64,000 bases of DNA from contig CAYOHI010000005.1 of assembly GCA_964403725.1 (NCBI GenBank), forward strand, positions 3,368 through 67,367, given 5' to 3'. The position numbers and the translations under genes are program-made. A model generated the notes under the pieces. The model did not search any database, was not told where the DNA came from, and worked only from the letters and a program-made list of their open reading frames with translations. The DNA is from an uncultured Candidatus Saccharibacteria bacterium. GTDB taxonomy: Bacteria > Patescibacteriota > Minisyncoccia > Portnoybacterales > UBA2143. Below, piece after piece: positions 52,101 through 60,843 of the stretch. Numbering within the stretch: position 1 is the stretch's first letter; each line of letters begins with the position of its first letter.

Positions 52101-52342
52101 CGACAATACAAAGGAGCCTCATATGATACGTTATGAGTCTTTGCTTCAATCTCATTGTATTTTGGTTCCTCCAAATGATAGTCCAGAAAACGGAGTTCTA
52201 ACTCCTTATTACCCCAAGGGCGAATTGGCGAGAATTCATCCAAGAGCTCTCTTAAGCCTTTATCCCAGAACCATTGATAAGATTTTTTTTGAACTTCAAC
52301 TAGATCAGGCAGTTGAAAGTTAAATGGGGAGGTTTTTTTCAT
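49154..52342 (-). CDS. rpoB: RNA polymerase beta subunit
   Basis: [22 protein letters not shown] and GQRFGEME motifs. Confidence 0.99.
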   Translation of the reverse strand: MKKTSPFNFQLPDLVEVQKKSYQWFWDKGLRELLDEFSPIRPWGNKELELRFLDYHLEEPKYNEIEAKTHNVSYEAPLYCRVKLTNSKTKEEKEQDIFLGDFPLMTQRGTFIVNAVERVVISQLIRSSGAFFTSQMSKGVQLFGAKVIPNRGAWLEFETDSDGSISVKIDRKRKVPVTSVLRAFAAMEVESPKCFKNGELANSDIKKLFEKVDTEIDYIEKTIEKDIAKTTGQAFVEIYKRIRPGDLATEDNAQGFIEAMFSFERYDLGEVGRWKMRQRLSMPEGKIKQEDRVLRFDDLVSIIKEIIELNNNPLATVDDIDHLGNRRVKAFGELLQNKLRVGMARTEKIIRDRMSTLELHDLVPGQLINARPFIASIKEFFTSSQLSQFMDQHNPLAELEHKRRLSAMGPGGLTRERAGFEVRDVHSSHYGRICPIETSEGPNIGLVGHLASCARLNEYGFIETPYRKVNKGRLTKEIIYLNASEEEKYNIAHAGVKIDNKGKLLDKEVEARVHSEPSTVPRKDVDFIDVIPQQPISIATALIPFLEHDDSNRALMGSNMQRQAVACVRPQAPVVGTGMEAKAAEDSGEMMIAEEDGTIAAVDADMIKVRIKGVNSKSKKAIKEYPLRSFVRTNQYTCICQRPLVKKGQKIKKGDVLADGAATDNGRLALGQNLLVAFMSLRGSNFEDAIILSEKLVKEDRYTSIHIESFDCDVRETKLGPEVTTPDIPNVGEERLKDLDEEGIVRVGAEVGPNDILVGKISPKGETDLTAEERLLQAIFGEKARDVKDTSKRMSHGKRGRVVGIKVFSRDKGDKLPSGVIKTIQVEIAQLRKISVGDKLAGRHGNKGVISKVLPEQDMPYLADGTPVDVVLNPLGVASRMNIGQILETHFGWAANSLGYDGISPSLNGITEDDIKDELKKAGLPESGKVTLYDGRNGEAFEQPVTVGYIYVMKLLHLVEDKMHMRSVGPYSLITQQPLGGKAQFGGQRFGEMEVWALEGYGAAHSLQEMLTFKSDDVTGRAGAYDAIIRGKKIQAPNVPASFNVLVSELKALSLDVELVEN

Positions 52343-52383
52343 ATTATCTAAAAAATATTATGACCAAACAGACCATATACACA

Positions 52384-52520
52384 AAAACACGCCCTTCCCT
52401 GTCTTTTGGAAGGGGCTTTTCATCTTACAAAATTGTCTTATCTGCAAAAAGTATTAATGGTTTTAATACCTCTCTAAAAACTACTTAATTCAAGTATATA
52501 TGAATGTGAAAAAATGTCAA
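52384..52520 (-). promoter_or_regulatory. rpoBC promoter and leader with terminator-like hairpin
   Basis: Minus-strand TTGACA-N16-TATACT (52520-52493); GCCCCTTCC/GGAAGGGC hairpin then GTGTTTTT. Confidence 0.6.
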
Positions 52521-52527
52521 GTTAAAA

Positions 52528-52788
52528 TTACTTAATACCCTTGAGTCCCAGTTTGAATTCTAACTTCTTAACTCTTTTCTCTAAATCCTCCACTTCAAAA
52601 CGATATGCGACATTGCTTAATTTTGACTGAATATCTTCTTGACCTTGCTTTAGATCAAAAAAATTTATCTCCATTTTCTCAAAGCGCTTATCTATCTTTT
52701 CAAAGCGCTTATTATTTCTTTTATCTGCATCATCAAATCCCTTTTGGATCATGATAGCTAATTTTTCATTTGTCATTTCTCTCTTCAT
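52528..52788 (-). CDS. Small coiled-coil hypothetical protein
   Basis: LAIMIQKGF, (KRFEKI)x2 and LEKRVKKLE. Confidence 0.75.
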   Translation of the reverse strand: MKREMTNEKLAIMIQKGFDDADKRNNKRFEKIDKRFEKMEINFFDLKQGQEDIQSKLSNVAYRFEVEDLEKRVKKLEFKLGLKGIK

Positions 52789-52846
52789 AGCTTTTTATCG
52801 GTTTAGTTGATATATATATTATTCCAATTACAAAAACCAAATATAT

Positions 52847-53083
52847 TTAAGAAGTTGCTTTTAAATCCAAATGCCCTTTTATTTGATCTATTTCCCCTTG
52901 CATGCGATCATGAGCTAGCTTGTCCATTTTTGATTCTTGATCAATCTTATCAAATTGACCAGCTATACCATCAATAGCATTCATCATATTATTAAAATCA
53001 CCTTTCGAAGGCATTTTTTCCTCTAAGTTTTTTAAATCTTCTTTAGTAGCTAACTTATTAAATTGTTCTGGTGTTAGAGTCAT
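52847..53083 (-). CDS. Small coiled-coil hypothetical protein
   Basis: LATKEDL motif and heptad pattern. Confidence 0.75.
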   Translation of the reverse strand: MTLTPEQFNKLATKEDLKNLEEKMPSKGDFNNMMNAIDGIAGQFDKIDQESKMDKLAHDRMQGEIDQIKGHLDLKATS

Positions 53084-53174
53084 GTATATATTTTAACTCA
53101 TTGGAAATTCTTGTCAAATAAAAATGAGCTCCCGTTGAAGAACGAGAGCTCACCTTATGAAGTCTTACAATGAC

Positions 53175-55679
53175 TTACTCTTCTGCCGGAGCTACTTCTG
53201 GATTTGGAATTGAAGTTTCTTCAGTTCCTCCTCCGCCCAGCTGCTGAATCTTAGCCTTAATATTCTCGTCATTAGGCATCATTTGCTCTAGAATCTGATA
53301 CTGAATCAAAGCATCTTCAATTCTATTATCTGATTCATAGGAAAGAGCCAAGGCATAACGGGCATTAGCATACTGTGGAGTGATGATAACGGCTTGTTCA
53401 AACATCGGAATCGCTTCCTTTGTTCTCTCAAGGTTGAAATACAACCTGCCAGTCTGGAAATATATTTCAGTGGCTGCCCCAGCAAAATCTGATCCTCGCT
53501 GGAAGCTAACACCCCTTAATTTTTCCAAAATGGCTTCCATTTTCTCCAAAGCTATCTCTAAATCGCCTTTTTGCTCATAAACCAAAGCTAATTGGACATG
53601 GGCATCAAGATAGTTATCCTTCAGTTCGACAGAGCGCTGACAATGGCCAATGGTCTCATCCCAGTCCTTTTCTTCGCTAATCAGGTTCAAACGACACCTT
53701 TCGCGATAGAAAAACGGATTATTAGGCTCTAATTCAGCCGCTTTGGCAAAAGCTTCTAGGGAAAACGGCAATGTTCCCCCTACCAGACCCCTGGCATCAC
53801 GGTAAATTGCGCCTAAATTCTCCCAAGCAGCTACTGAATTAGGGCTTAGAGTCGTCGCTAACCTGGCCTGCTGGATAGAACCGGCTGCCAGAGCTTGCAA
53901 GAGCTGTACATTCTGCTCTGCTTCCGGCTTATTCGCCTCAGCCCAAGCTGTAATCAGATATGCTTGGGAAAGAGCTCTTCGGTAGCTTTCCTGGTAGTTG
54001 TTCAGGATAACGCTGCGCTCCAATTTAGCCACTAATTCTTCGTTAGTTTCAACCGGATCTAGGAATTTGACATCCGCCCAGTAGAATCTTCCTCCTAAAT
54101 AGAAGAAACCTGCCAGAGCGAAGACTAAGATGAGCAAAACTACGTTTAGAACCAATCCGATTTCAGGCATCTTATCGAAGGAAAAACTGATCTTTTTGAA
54201 GGGCTGGTTCTGAACTCCCTGCCAAACTACTACTCCTAAGGCCATAAAGAACCAGAAATAGAAGGAAAGGACCGTATTTTGCATATACACGAATTGTGCC
54301 ACCAAAAGCGATAACCAAGCCAAAATTAGAGGGAAAACCGATATCGGATGACGCTTATCCGATATCGGATAAGTGGAAGATAGGGCTTTTAAGCGCTTTC
54401 TGCTCAAGAAAACCAGTCCAATAAGCAAGAATACCCCTAAAATCATGATATATGAGAGAATTCCCAAAATACCCATGGTTCCAATAGTCTCTAAGATATG
54501 GTTCGGACCCCTGTCAAACCTGACATTCCAGAAATCAGTATTGTTAAACTCTACTGGCTTGAACTTCGAGAAATCTGCAATATATGTCCCTGGACCTGAT
54601 CCAAGAATCGGATAATCCTTCAAGCTCTGCCAAGCAACTGTTCTTGATACCTGGGAATCAAGGATCAATTCCTGCGGCAATGGAAGCAATTGGTTCAAAT
54701 CGCTCAAAAAACCAATCTTACCTGGCAGATTAAACCAGAAAAAACCGGAAATTAGGAGCAAAATTATTGGCAGAGTTAATAAGTTAACTCTTTCTTTGAA
54801 TAACCTGGTCCAAAAGGCAATAACTAGCAAAATGAACATAGTCAGGCCCAGAATTGCCCAAGCAGCAGAGAAATTGATCAAAAGCAGCAAAATCAATGAT
54901 GCTACTAGGAATAGAACCTTGCTTCTCATTCCAGAAGCGCTACCTTTGGATTTCTTCCAAAACATCAGTAATCCCAATATTTTCTTAAAGAATCCTTTCT
55001 TAGTAGCCCCTAGGTCACCTTTAGCAATGCTTTTCTTTGGTACTTGGCTTAAGATCAAACCAACTACCAAGCTCATAGCCATAGCTAAGAAAATAGCCAG
55101 GCCCTCTAGAGAGCCACTGACCGTGTTAAAGGAACGGAAAGTCATCATTTGGGGAAGACCCGGAATCTTGCTCCAAATATTAAAGACGGACAGATAAGCT
55201 GTAACTACAACTATCCAGCTGGAAATCAAGAACAAGCTATAAACCTTTTCCAAAGAAAGACCCCAGATTGTCTTGATTGTTCCCCCACTTGAGGAACTTG
55301 GCTTTACGCTCTTCACATTATTAACCACCACAAAGTACATAACTATCAAAGCCAAGGCTCCGATAACCGAACCTGAGAAGCGGCCGTAGAATCCAAACCA
55401 AGAAGATATTGAATCAATAGAAAAAACTGCACTTAGGACTAAGATCAAAACAAAGACCAGAATCCAAACATCAAGTGCAGTTCGACGAAAGAATAGCTTC
55501 TTGCGGACAACCGCCAATTTGCCCAGCCAAGCCATAAAGGCTATGCTGACCAAAAAGATTAATAAGTATTGCTTGTTAAACTCATATGCTTCGACTGTGA
55601 AAGGCAGCCAAAACAAAGGCATGAGAAAAACTAAGGCGTAAAGCGGAAACTTAATCAAGAAATTGATTATTTTACGCAT
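53175..55679 (-). CDS. O-antigen ligase-like polytopic membrane protein with C-terminal TPRs
   Basis: About 12 TM helices; PILGSGPGT...N..LE....GILG; TPR repeats; likely start MRKIINF at 55679. Confidence 0.85.
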   Translation of the reverse strand: MRKIINFLIKFPLYALVFLMPLFWLPFTVEAYEFNKQYLLIFLVSIAFMAWLGKLAVVRKKLFFRRTALDVWILVFVLILVLSAVFSIDSISSWFGFYGRFSGSVIGALALIVMYFVVVNNVKSVKPSSSSGGTIKTIWGLSLEKVYSLFLISSWIVVVTAYLSVFNIWSKIPGLPQMMTFRSFNTVSGSLEGLAIFLAMAMSLVVGLILSQVPKKSIAKGDLGATKKGFFKKILGLLMFWKKSKGSASGMRSKVLFLVASLILLLLINFSAAWAILGLTMFILLVIAFWTRLFKERVNLLTLPIILLLISGFFWFNLPGKIGFLSDLNQLLPLPQELILDSQVSRTVAWQSLKDYPILGSGPGTYIADFSKFKPVEFNNTDFWNVRFDRGPNHILETIGTMGILGILSYIMILGVFLLIGLVFLSRKRLKALSSTYPISDKRHPISVFPLILAWLSLLVAQFVYMQNTVLSFYFWFFMALGVVVWQGVQNQPFKKISFSFDKMPEIGLVLNVVLLILVFALAGFFYLGGRFYWADVKFLDPVETNEELVAKLERSVILNNYQESYRRALSQAYLITAWAEANKPEAEQNVQLLQALAAGSIQQARLATTLSPNSVAAWENLGAIYRDARGLVGGTLPFSLEAFAKAAELEPNNPFFYRERCRLNLISEEKDWDETIGHCQRSVELKDNYLDAHVQLALVYEQKGDLEIALEKMEAILEKLRGVSFQRGSDFAGAATEIYFQTGRLYFNLERTKEAIPMFEQAVIITPQYANARYALALSYESDNRIEDALIQYQILEQMMPNDENIKAKIQQLGGGGTEETSIPNPEVAPAEE

Positions 55680-55688
55680 ATTTTTTAC

Positions 55689-55895
55689 CACCCTGCTCGT
55701 AGTTAAGGAATCACAGAAATTATGGAATCTCTGATGACTTGTAGTCATACAAAGATTCTCTAAACCTCTAAGGCTTACTTTAAGCCACAGGGGTTTATAA
55801 AGACCTCCGGAAGGGTTGAGAGCTGTACTCTCAATAAGCTAAAGGTTGAACCTATAACCCTTTGTCCTCCTGGATTCTTTACTCGTTTCAGGATG
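55689..55895 (-). ncRNA. Candidate 207-nt multi-branched structured leader RNA
   Basis: Closing helix 55689-95/55889-95 encloses four hairpins and at least two further helices. Confidence 0.65.
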
Positions 55896-55911
55896 ATTGT
55901 TAATGTTTTAT

Positions 55912-55941
55912 TTATTTGTTTTCGACCTTTATCTTTTCCAT
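55912..55941 (-). CDS. Candidate 9-aa upstream ORF (MEKIKVENK)
   Basis: ATG 11 nt after the minus-strand TATAAT (55953-58), just before the structured element. Confidence 0.3.
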   Translation of the reverse strand: MEKIKVENK

Positions 55942-56044
55942 TTATTGTTTTAATTATACTCTATTTCTATGTTCTTTAGAAGTGGATAACTAGAATATAA
56001 AATTGATGAAATCTTTGCCAGTATAACTATCCCTAACTAAACTA

Positions 56045-56072
56045 TTGACAAAATTTTTTAATTTGTTATACT
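56045..56072 (+). promoter_or_regulatory. Sigma70-type promoter with no downstream plus-strand CDS
   Basis: TTGACA-N16-TATACT with extended -10 TG. Confidence 0.65.
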
Positions 56073-56078
56073 TTTAAT

Positions 56079-56161
56079 ATAAATCTCCGGCCGGAGCGTA
56101 ACTCCATTTTATGGTCTTCTTATGACCAGGAGCCAACCTCCCACTTGGCGGGAGGTTTTTT
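56079..56161 (+). ncRNA. Candidate ~80-nt small RNA convergent with 56160..56570
   Basis: GC-rich patch: CTCC..TGGTC/GACCA..GGAG stem, then AACCTCCC/GGGAGGTT terminator and T tract. Confidence 0.55.
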
Positions 56162-56570
56162 ATTCAAGAGGGAAACAAGACATGAAATATTTTCTTTTAC
56201 TTCTTTTATTCTCTTTTATTTGAACATAAAACAGCTCTCTATCTTTAGTAAGGCCCAAGAATCTGTATAAGATTTCTGTTTTCTTATTTCTATTGACCTC
56301 AATAGATGGCTTATTGCGAGAATTCTTCATTAATTCAATCGCACAATTGAAATATCTCAACCTTATAATTCTTTCCCTGTGTCTTTTTTGATGCAAATGA
56401 ATCCAAAAATAGTTGAAAAATATTTTTTGTTTTCCAAAATAAGCAGAACGGATATAAGGATTCCTCTTGGTTCTTTTCTTAATACGGTTAAATATGACTA
56501 AGGCATTTTTTCTTACTTCCTTGTAACTCGTTCCTGGTATTTTCTTTTTATTAGTTTGATATGGAATCAT
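56160..56570 (-). CDS. Basic hypothetical protein, possibly a BECR/RelE-like fold RNase
   Basis: Very basic; C-terminal beta meander YRFLG...FYVQIKE...KYFMSCFP; fold assignment is inference. Confidence 0.65.
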   Translation of the reverse strand: MIPYQTNKKKIPGTSYKEVRKNALVIFNRIKKRTKRNPYIRSAYFGKQKIFFNYFWIHLHQKRHRERIIRLRYFNCAIELMKNSRNKPSIEVNRNKKTEILYRFLGLTKDRELFYVQIKENKRSKRKYFMSCFPLE

Positions 56571-56631
56571 AAAATCATTTTGGCATACTGATAATAATCT
56601 TAAATAACGTTTCGATTTTTAACAAGATTTT

Positions 56632-57639
56632 TTACCTTAATAATTGTGTAACTAAAGCAATCATCTGTTCTTTTTCTTTAGGGTTGCTTTCAGCTATTAA
56701 GAGAGCTAAAGCAGTTAAGGTGTTGTCATTAATTTTCTTTTCCCCGTTTAATCTATGCAAAAAATCATTCTTATCTAAGAAATAGACGAATAAAAATGAT
56801 CCAATTCTTTTATTTCCATCAGAAAAAGGATGATCTTTAATTGTTAAATACAAAAGATTAGCTGCTTTTTCTTCTATACTTTTGTATAATTCTTTCTTAT
56901 TGAATGTCTGGTAGATATTTTTGACAACACCCTCAAACTTGTGATTAATTTCATTTCCAAATATATCCCCTGCTTCTTTCTTATCAATTAATTTCTTTTT
57001 TAACTCAACTATTATCTCTAAGCAATCTTGATATTCTAAAACAAATTTTGATTTGCTCTTCTTAATCTGTTTGATTTTATTCTTATCATATTGCTCTAAT
57101 AGAGTTAGAGTTTTGGAGTAATCGGATAATAAATCTAAAATTCCTTTTTCTTGACCTTTTAATAGTTTCTTTTGAGATTTCTTTTTTAGAAAAGAAATAG
57201 TATTTTGTAATTTATTGAATTGCTTTTCTGTTTCTAGTAGTCTTTCTCGATTTATTACATAACCCCTTAAAAGATAATTTTTGAGAGTTTTGGTTGCCCA
57301 GATTCTGAATTGAGTAGCTTTTTTTGAATTAACCCGATAGCCTACTGAGATGATCGCATCTAAATTATAAAATTTAGTTTTGTAGGTTTTATTATCAGCA
57401 GCAGTATGTTCCAAAATGGAACTAACTGAATTTTCATTTAGTTCTTTACTTTTGAATATATTATTTAAATGCTTGGTTATAGCTGGACGCTGCGTACCGA
57501 AAAGCAGAGATATTTGTCCTTGTGTAAGCCAAATACTTTCTTTATTAAATTTAACTTTTAACTCAACGTCACCACCCTTTGGCTGATAAATAATAATTTC
57601 TCCATTATTCAATTGTCTTTTGTTTAAAGTCATATTCAA
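56632..57639 (-). CDS. RhuM-family DNA-binding domain fused to a Fic/Doc domain
   Basis: YNLDAIISVGYRVNS..ATQFR.WA and HPFSDGNKR motifs. Confidence 0.93.
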   Translation of the reverse strand: MNMTLNKRQLNNGEIIIYQPKGGDVELKVKFNKESIWLTQGQISLLFGTQRPAITKHLNNIFKSKELNENSVSSILEHTAADNKTYKTKFYNLDAIISVGYRVNSKKATQFRIWATKTLKNYLLRGYVINRERLLETEKQFNKLQNTISFLKKKSQKKLLKGQEKGILDLLSDYSKTLTLLEQYDKNKIKQIKKSKSKFVLEYQDCLEIIVELKKKLIDKKEAGDIFGNEINHKFEGVVKNIYQTFNKKELYKSIEEKAANLLYLTIKDHPFSDGNKRIGSFLFVYFLDKNDFLHRLNGEKKINDNTLTALALLIAESNPKEKEQMIALVTQLLR

Positions 57640-58679
57640 ACCAAAAAATAACTATCAATAGAAAATTTAAACTGTTCAACGAATAATTCCTTAAAATTCC
57701 TCAAGCTGTTCTGCTCATAGAAAACAATTAAGGCTTTCTTGTATTCAGCTTCATCAACGCTTCTAAAAGAAAGAGGACAAATGTCACTAGCCATCAATAA
57801 GGCATTGCCTAATAGACGAGCTGTCCTTTTGTTCCCATCTACAAACGGCTGGATATATGAAATAAAGACGACAGCAAAAAATGATTTTGAAAAAGGATCG
57901 GATAATTCATTAATCATCTCAACGAACTTATCCATCGCCTCCCTGATTTGATGCTGATTATCCAAAGGCAGATATTCAGTTCCGATTATCCTAACTGGAT
58001 TCTTGCGCAATCCTTTTTCTATGCCTAGCCTATCAACAATTAAATCATGAATTCTTTCGATCTTTGGAATGGAAATCTTTTTGAAGTCATTTTTCTTTTC
58101 AGAGATATAGCCTAAGGCATTCTTATGATTTAAAATCATAATCGCCTCTTCTTTTTTGTGTCCAATAGCCTCCTTATTCTCCTTAATCAATACTTCTGTA
58201 TCTATTAGCGAATATGTATTGCCCTCAATTTTTGATGATTTCCAGCTTAATTCAATAGTTAATCTTTCAAATTCCTTCTTTAGAATATCATTGGGCATCT
58301 TTTTAATCCTGCTCTTATATTCTCTATTAAGCTCATTTAGTTCCTCTAATTCCTGGTTATCGAAAACACTTTCAATATCTTTGAAAATATTAAAATTAAA
58401 GGATTTGAACTTTAATTTCCTCTGTTCGGCTTCTTTTTGGAAATATTTGTCAATGTCAATGTATTGTAGAAAATCGTTTTTAACCTTTTCTTCATAGTAA
58501 ACGCTCCTCCCCTTTCCTTTCTTATCAATTAATCCATCCTTTAGGAGAAAATTCAGATCACGAACAACAGTAATCCGAGAAGTATTTCTCAAGTACTCCT
58601 TGATTTCCTGATTACTAACTTTATTTGATCTTTTAATAAATTCCAGAATCTTCAGTTGTCTGTCATTTAATTTAGTCAT
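57636..58679 (-). CDS. Fic family protein with N-terminal wHTH (paralog of 41898..42956)
   Basis: SSKIEGNT and IQPFVDGNKRTAR motifs; likely start MTKLNDRQ. Confidence 0.9.
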   Translation of the reverse strand: MTKLNDRQLKILEFIKRSNKVSNQEIKEYLRNTSRITVVRDLNFLLKDGLIDKKGKGRSVYYEEKVKNDFLQYIDIDKYFQKEAEQRKLKFKSFNFNIFKDIESVFDNQELEELNELNREYKSRIKKMPNDILKKEFERLTIELSWKSSKIEGNTYSLIDTEVLIKENKEAIGHKKEEAIMILNHKNALGYISEKKNDFKKISIPKIERIHDLIVDRLGIEKGLRKNPVRIIGTEYLPLDNQHQIREAMDKFVEMINELSDPFSKSFFAVVFISYIQPFVDGNKRTARLLGNALLMASDICPLSFRSVDEAEYKKALIVFYEQNSLRNFKELFVEQFKFSIDSYFLV

Positions 58680-58752
58680 TAATTGTATCATTTAATACGT
58701 CTTAATTGTATCATAATTAGTTAAAAAATGAAACAATTAAAAGACTGATTCC

Positions 58753-59118
58753 CTATTCATTTTTTCTGTATTGTTTCAAATAAGATCTAATTCTGTCTCT
58801 GTTCTCATTCTGTTTCTTACCCTTGAAATATACTTCAATAAATTCAATGCCAATCACATCTATAGTCTCATGATCTTCTGCATAGGCATAAATAATTCTC
58901 AAGCTCTTTTTCTTTAAGCTTCTACAAAAGAATCTGGCTTTGACAATATACACAGATTCAGATTTTGTAATAACATTAAAATGCTTGCCAATCCCTAAAG
59001 GAGATGCTCTTAAAACTTTCTTGAATTCATTTAAATCATCTTTGAGTGATCTGAATTTCTTGAATAGCTTTTTAAAATCTCTTTTAAACTCTTGAGTTTC
59101 TTTAAAGTTCATCTTCAT
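58753..59118 (-). CDS. RelE/ParE-like toxin
   Basis: F.ET.EFKRDFKKL.KKFRSL..DL...LRIIYAY...IEVYFKG; overlaps the antitoxin stop. Confidence 0.75.
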   Translation of the reverse strand: MKMNFKETQEFKRDFKKLFKKFRSLKDDLNEFKKVLRASPLGIGKHFNVITKSESVYIVKARFFCRSLKKKSLRIIYAYAEDHETIDVIGIEFIEVYFKGKKQNENRDRIRSYLKQYRKNE

Positions 59119-59875
59119 AGTTCCTGATTGAATGATCGTCATCGCGATAGAAAACAGTCTCGTAACTTATCTCTTCACCCATCTCATGAACTCGCCAAGG
59201 AGTATCTGAATGGGAATAATCACTCAATTCAGCAGCGTTCTTCCAAGCCAAACGTATCAAAACATCATCAATGTGCTTAATTTCTTGGGCTGACAGGATG
59301 TTTAAGTCAGCTGATCTTCTTGGCAAGTATTTTTTCTGCTCATGCTGGAAGTACTTGCTTTTAATCTTCTCAATTTCACCTTTCCTTATCATTTGATCAA
59401 CTATCTTTTTGAATTCAATCGGTGTTGGGCCGAAATGGTTCTTAATATACTTGGCGCCGATCAGCTGCTCTTCAAATTTTTCATAATAGTCAAAATCTGT
59501 AAAATACAATAATTTGTAAAGTGCTGTTTCGCCAATATTGGGCCTGGCGCCAACTTTTTCTAGAATATATAGGAATACTTCTTTAAATTTCTTAACATTT
59601 GCTCGGGACATAATAATTCTCATTTCAGGCTTATTTGTCTTCTTAGTTTTCTTTTCCTCTTTCAGGTTAACTTTAATTTCCTTTTTCCCTCCACTTAACA
59701 AATCCTTTAACGACATACTAAAAATGGAGGCTAATTTCTGTGCTTCTGGAATAGTTAATTCTCGCTTTCCTTTTTCAACTTGGATATATGTCGGTCTGGA
59801 GATACCAAGTTGATCAGCTAGATACTGTTGAGAATAATTATTTTTCTTTCTTAATTTTTGGATGAATAAAGTCAT
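59102..59875 (-). CDS. HTH-XRE + Panacea/SocA (DUF4065) antitoxin
   Basis: SQQYLADQLGISRPTY..VEKG; LYKLLYF.DFD, FGPTP and YSH.DTPW motifs. Confidence 0.9.
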   Translation of the reverse strand: MTLFIQKLRKKNNYSQQYLADQLGISRPTYIQVEKGKRELTIPEAQKLASIFSMSLKDLLSGGKKEIKVNLKEEKKTKKTNKPEMRIIMSRANVKKFKEVFLYILEKVGARPNIGETALYKLLYFTDFDYYEKFEEQLIGAKYIKNHFGPTPIEFKKIVDQMIRKGEIEKIKSKYFQHEQKKYLPRRSADLNILSAQEIKHIDDVLIRLAWKNAAELSDYSHSDTPWRVHEMGEEISYETVFYRDDDHSIRNYEDEL

Positions 59876-59981
59876 GATTTAATTCTATCAATTGTAAAAT
59901 ATATTGTCAAGTGGATAAGTAAATATATTTTACATATTGACAGTATATTTATAATACCTTGTTATGATATAATATTAATAC

Positions 59982-60290
59982 ATGAAAACTAAGCAAACAG
60001 ATAAATTGCCTTCTTTTTTCAAGCCAATTCTTTGGTCTTATGATTTTAATTCCATTAATTTAGAAAAGAATAAGAAAGCTATTATTATCAACTCAATAAA
60101 CTACGGCGATTTGAAGCATTGGCGCTGGATCGTCAAACACTACGGGAAAAAAGAGGTTAAAAAAATATTAACAACTATCCCCTTTACTGAAATTAGACCC
60201 AGGGTTGTCCCTTTAGTTTCTCTGTTATTCTCCATCGATGAATTCAATTATATACCTAGAGGCGTTTCTCAAAAAAAAGCTAATAGATAA
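59982..60290 (+). CDS. Small DUF6922-like hypothetical protein
   Basis: LWSYD...II...INYG....WRW....YG motif; own promoter with TATAAT. Confidence 0.7.
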   Translation: MKTKQTDKLPSFFKPILWSYDFNSINLEKNKKAIIINSINYGDLKHWRWIVKHYGKKEVKKILTTIPFTEIRPRVVPLVSLLFSIDEFNYIPRGVSQKKANR

Positions 60291-60767
60291 TCACTTCCTA
60301 TAAGGATTATCCTTCCTCTCAAACCCGCCCTTATCCTCATAAACCCTCATCCAGGCTCTCCTCAAGTTGTTGATCTTAACTCTTTGTCTTTGGTATTTGT
60401 TTAATATCTTGTTAAGCATCTCCTTAATCTCTGCGCTTTCAGTCGTAGCAACGATGAAATCAATCTTAGTCACAATATTGGCAATTATCCTCATAGTCTG
60501 CTCTAATTTACCGAATGCCAGTTGCTTGTCTGAAAACCTGTCGCCATAGCTTTCAGCAGTCAGTTTGGGAATCAGTTTAGATAGAGAGTAAAGGATTTCA
60601 AATTCATCCAATAGATATTTGTTTTTCTTGCTTTTCTTAATTTCAGGGATGAACTTGAATATTTCTGAAGATAGAAGAGTGGTTTGCCTGTATACTTCCA
60701 GATCCCTGAAGCTCTTGACTGGCGATTTGATGCGATACTTTTTGTATTCAGTCTTTTGGTAAGACAT
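60291..60767 (-). CDS. Four-helix-bundle protein (23S rRNA IVP / Avd-like superfamily)
   Basis: KSFRDLEVY...IPKL.AES motif; helical pattern. Confidence 0.8.
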   Translation of the reverse strand: MSYQKTEYKKYRIKSPVKSFRDLEVYRQTTLLSSEIFKFIPEIKKSKKNKYLLDEFEILYSLSKLIPKLTAESYGDRFSDKQLAFGKLEQTMRIIANIVTKIDFIVATTESAEIKEMLNKILNKYQRQRVKINNLRRAWMRVYEDKGGFERKDNPYRK

Positions 60768-60843
60768 AGAATTTATACTTAATCAATTTTTTAAACTGAT
60801 ATGTTAATTGCATCAGATTATATCAGATTAGTAAATAGATATT

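Noticed and set aside
55731-55760. Hammerhead ribozyme (CTGATGA core)
   Set aside because: No GAAA follows the stem and the three-way junction cannot be built.
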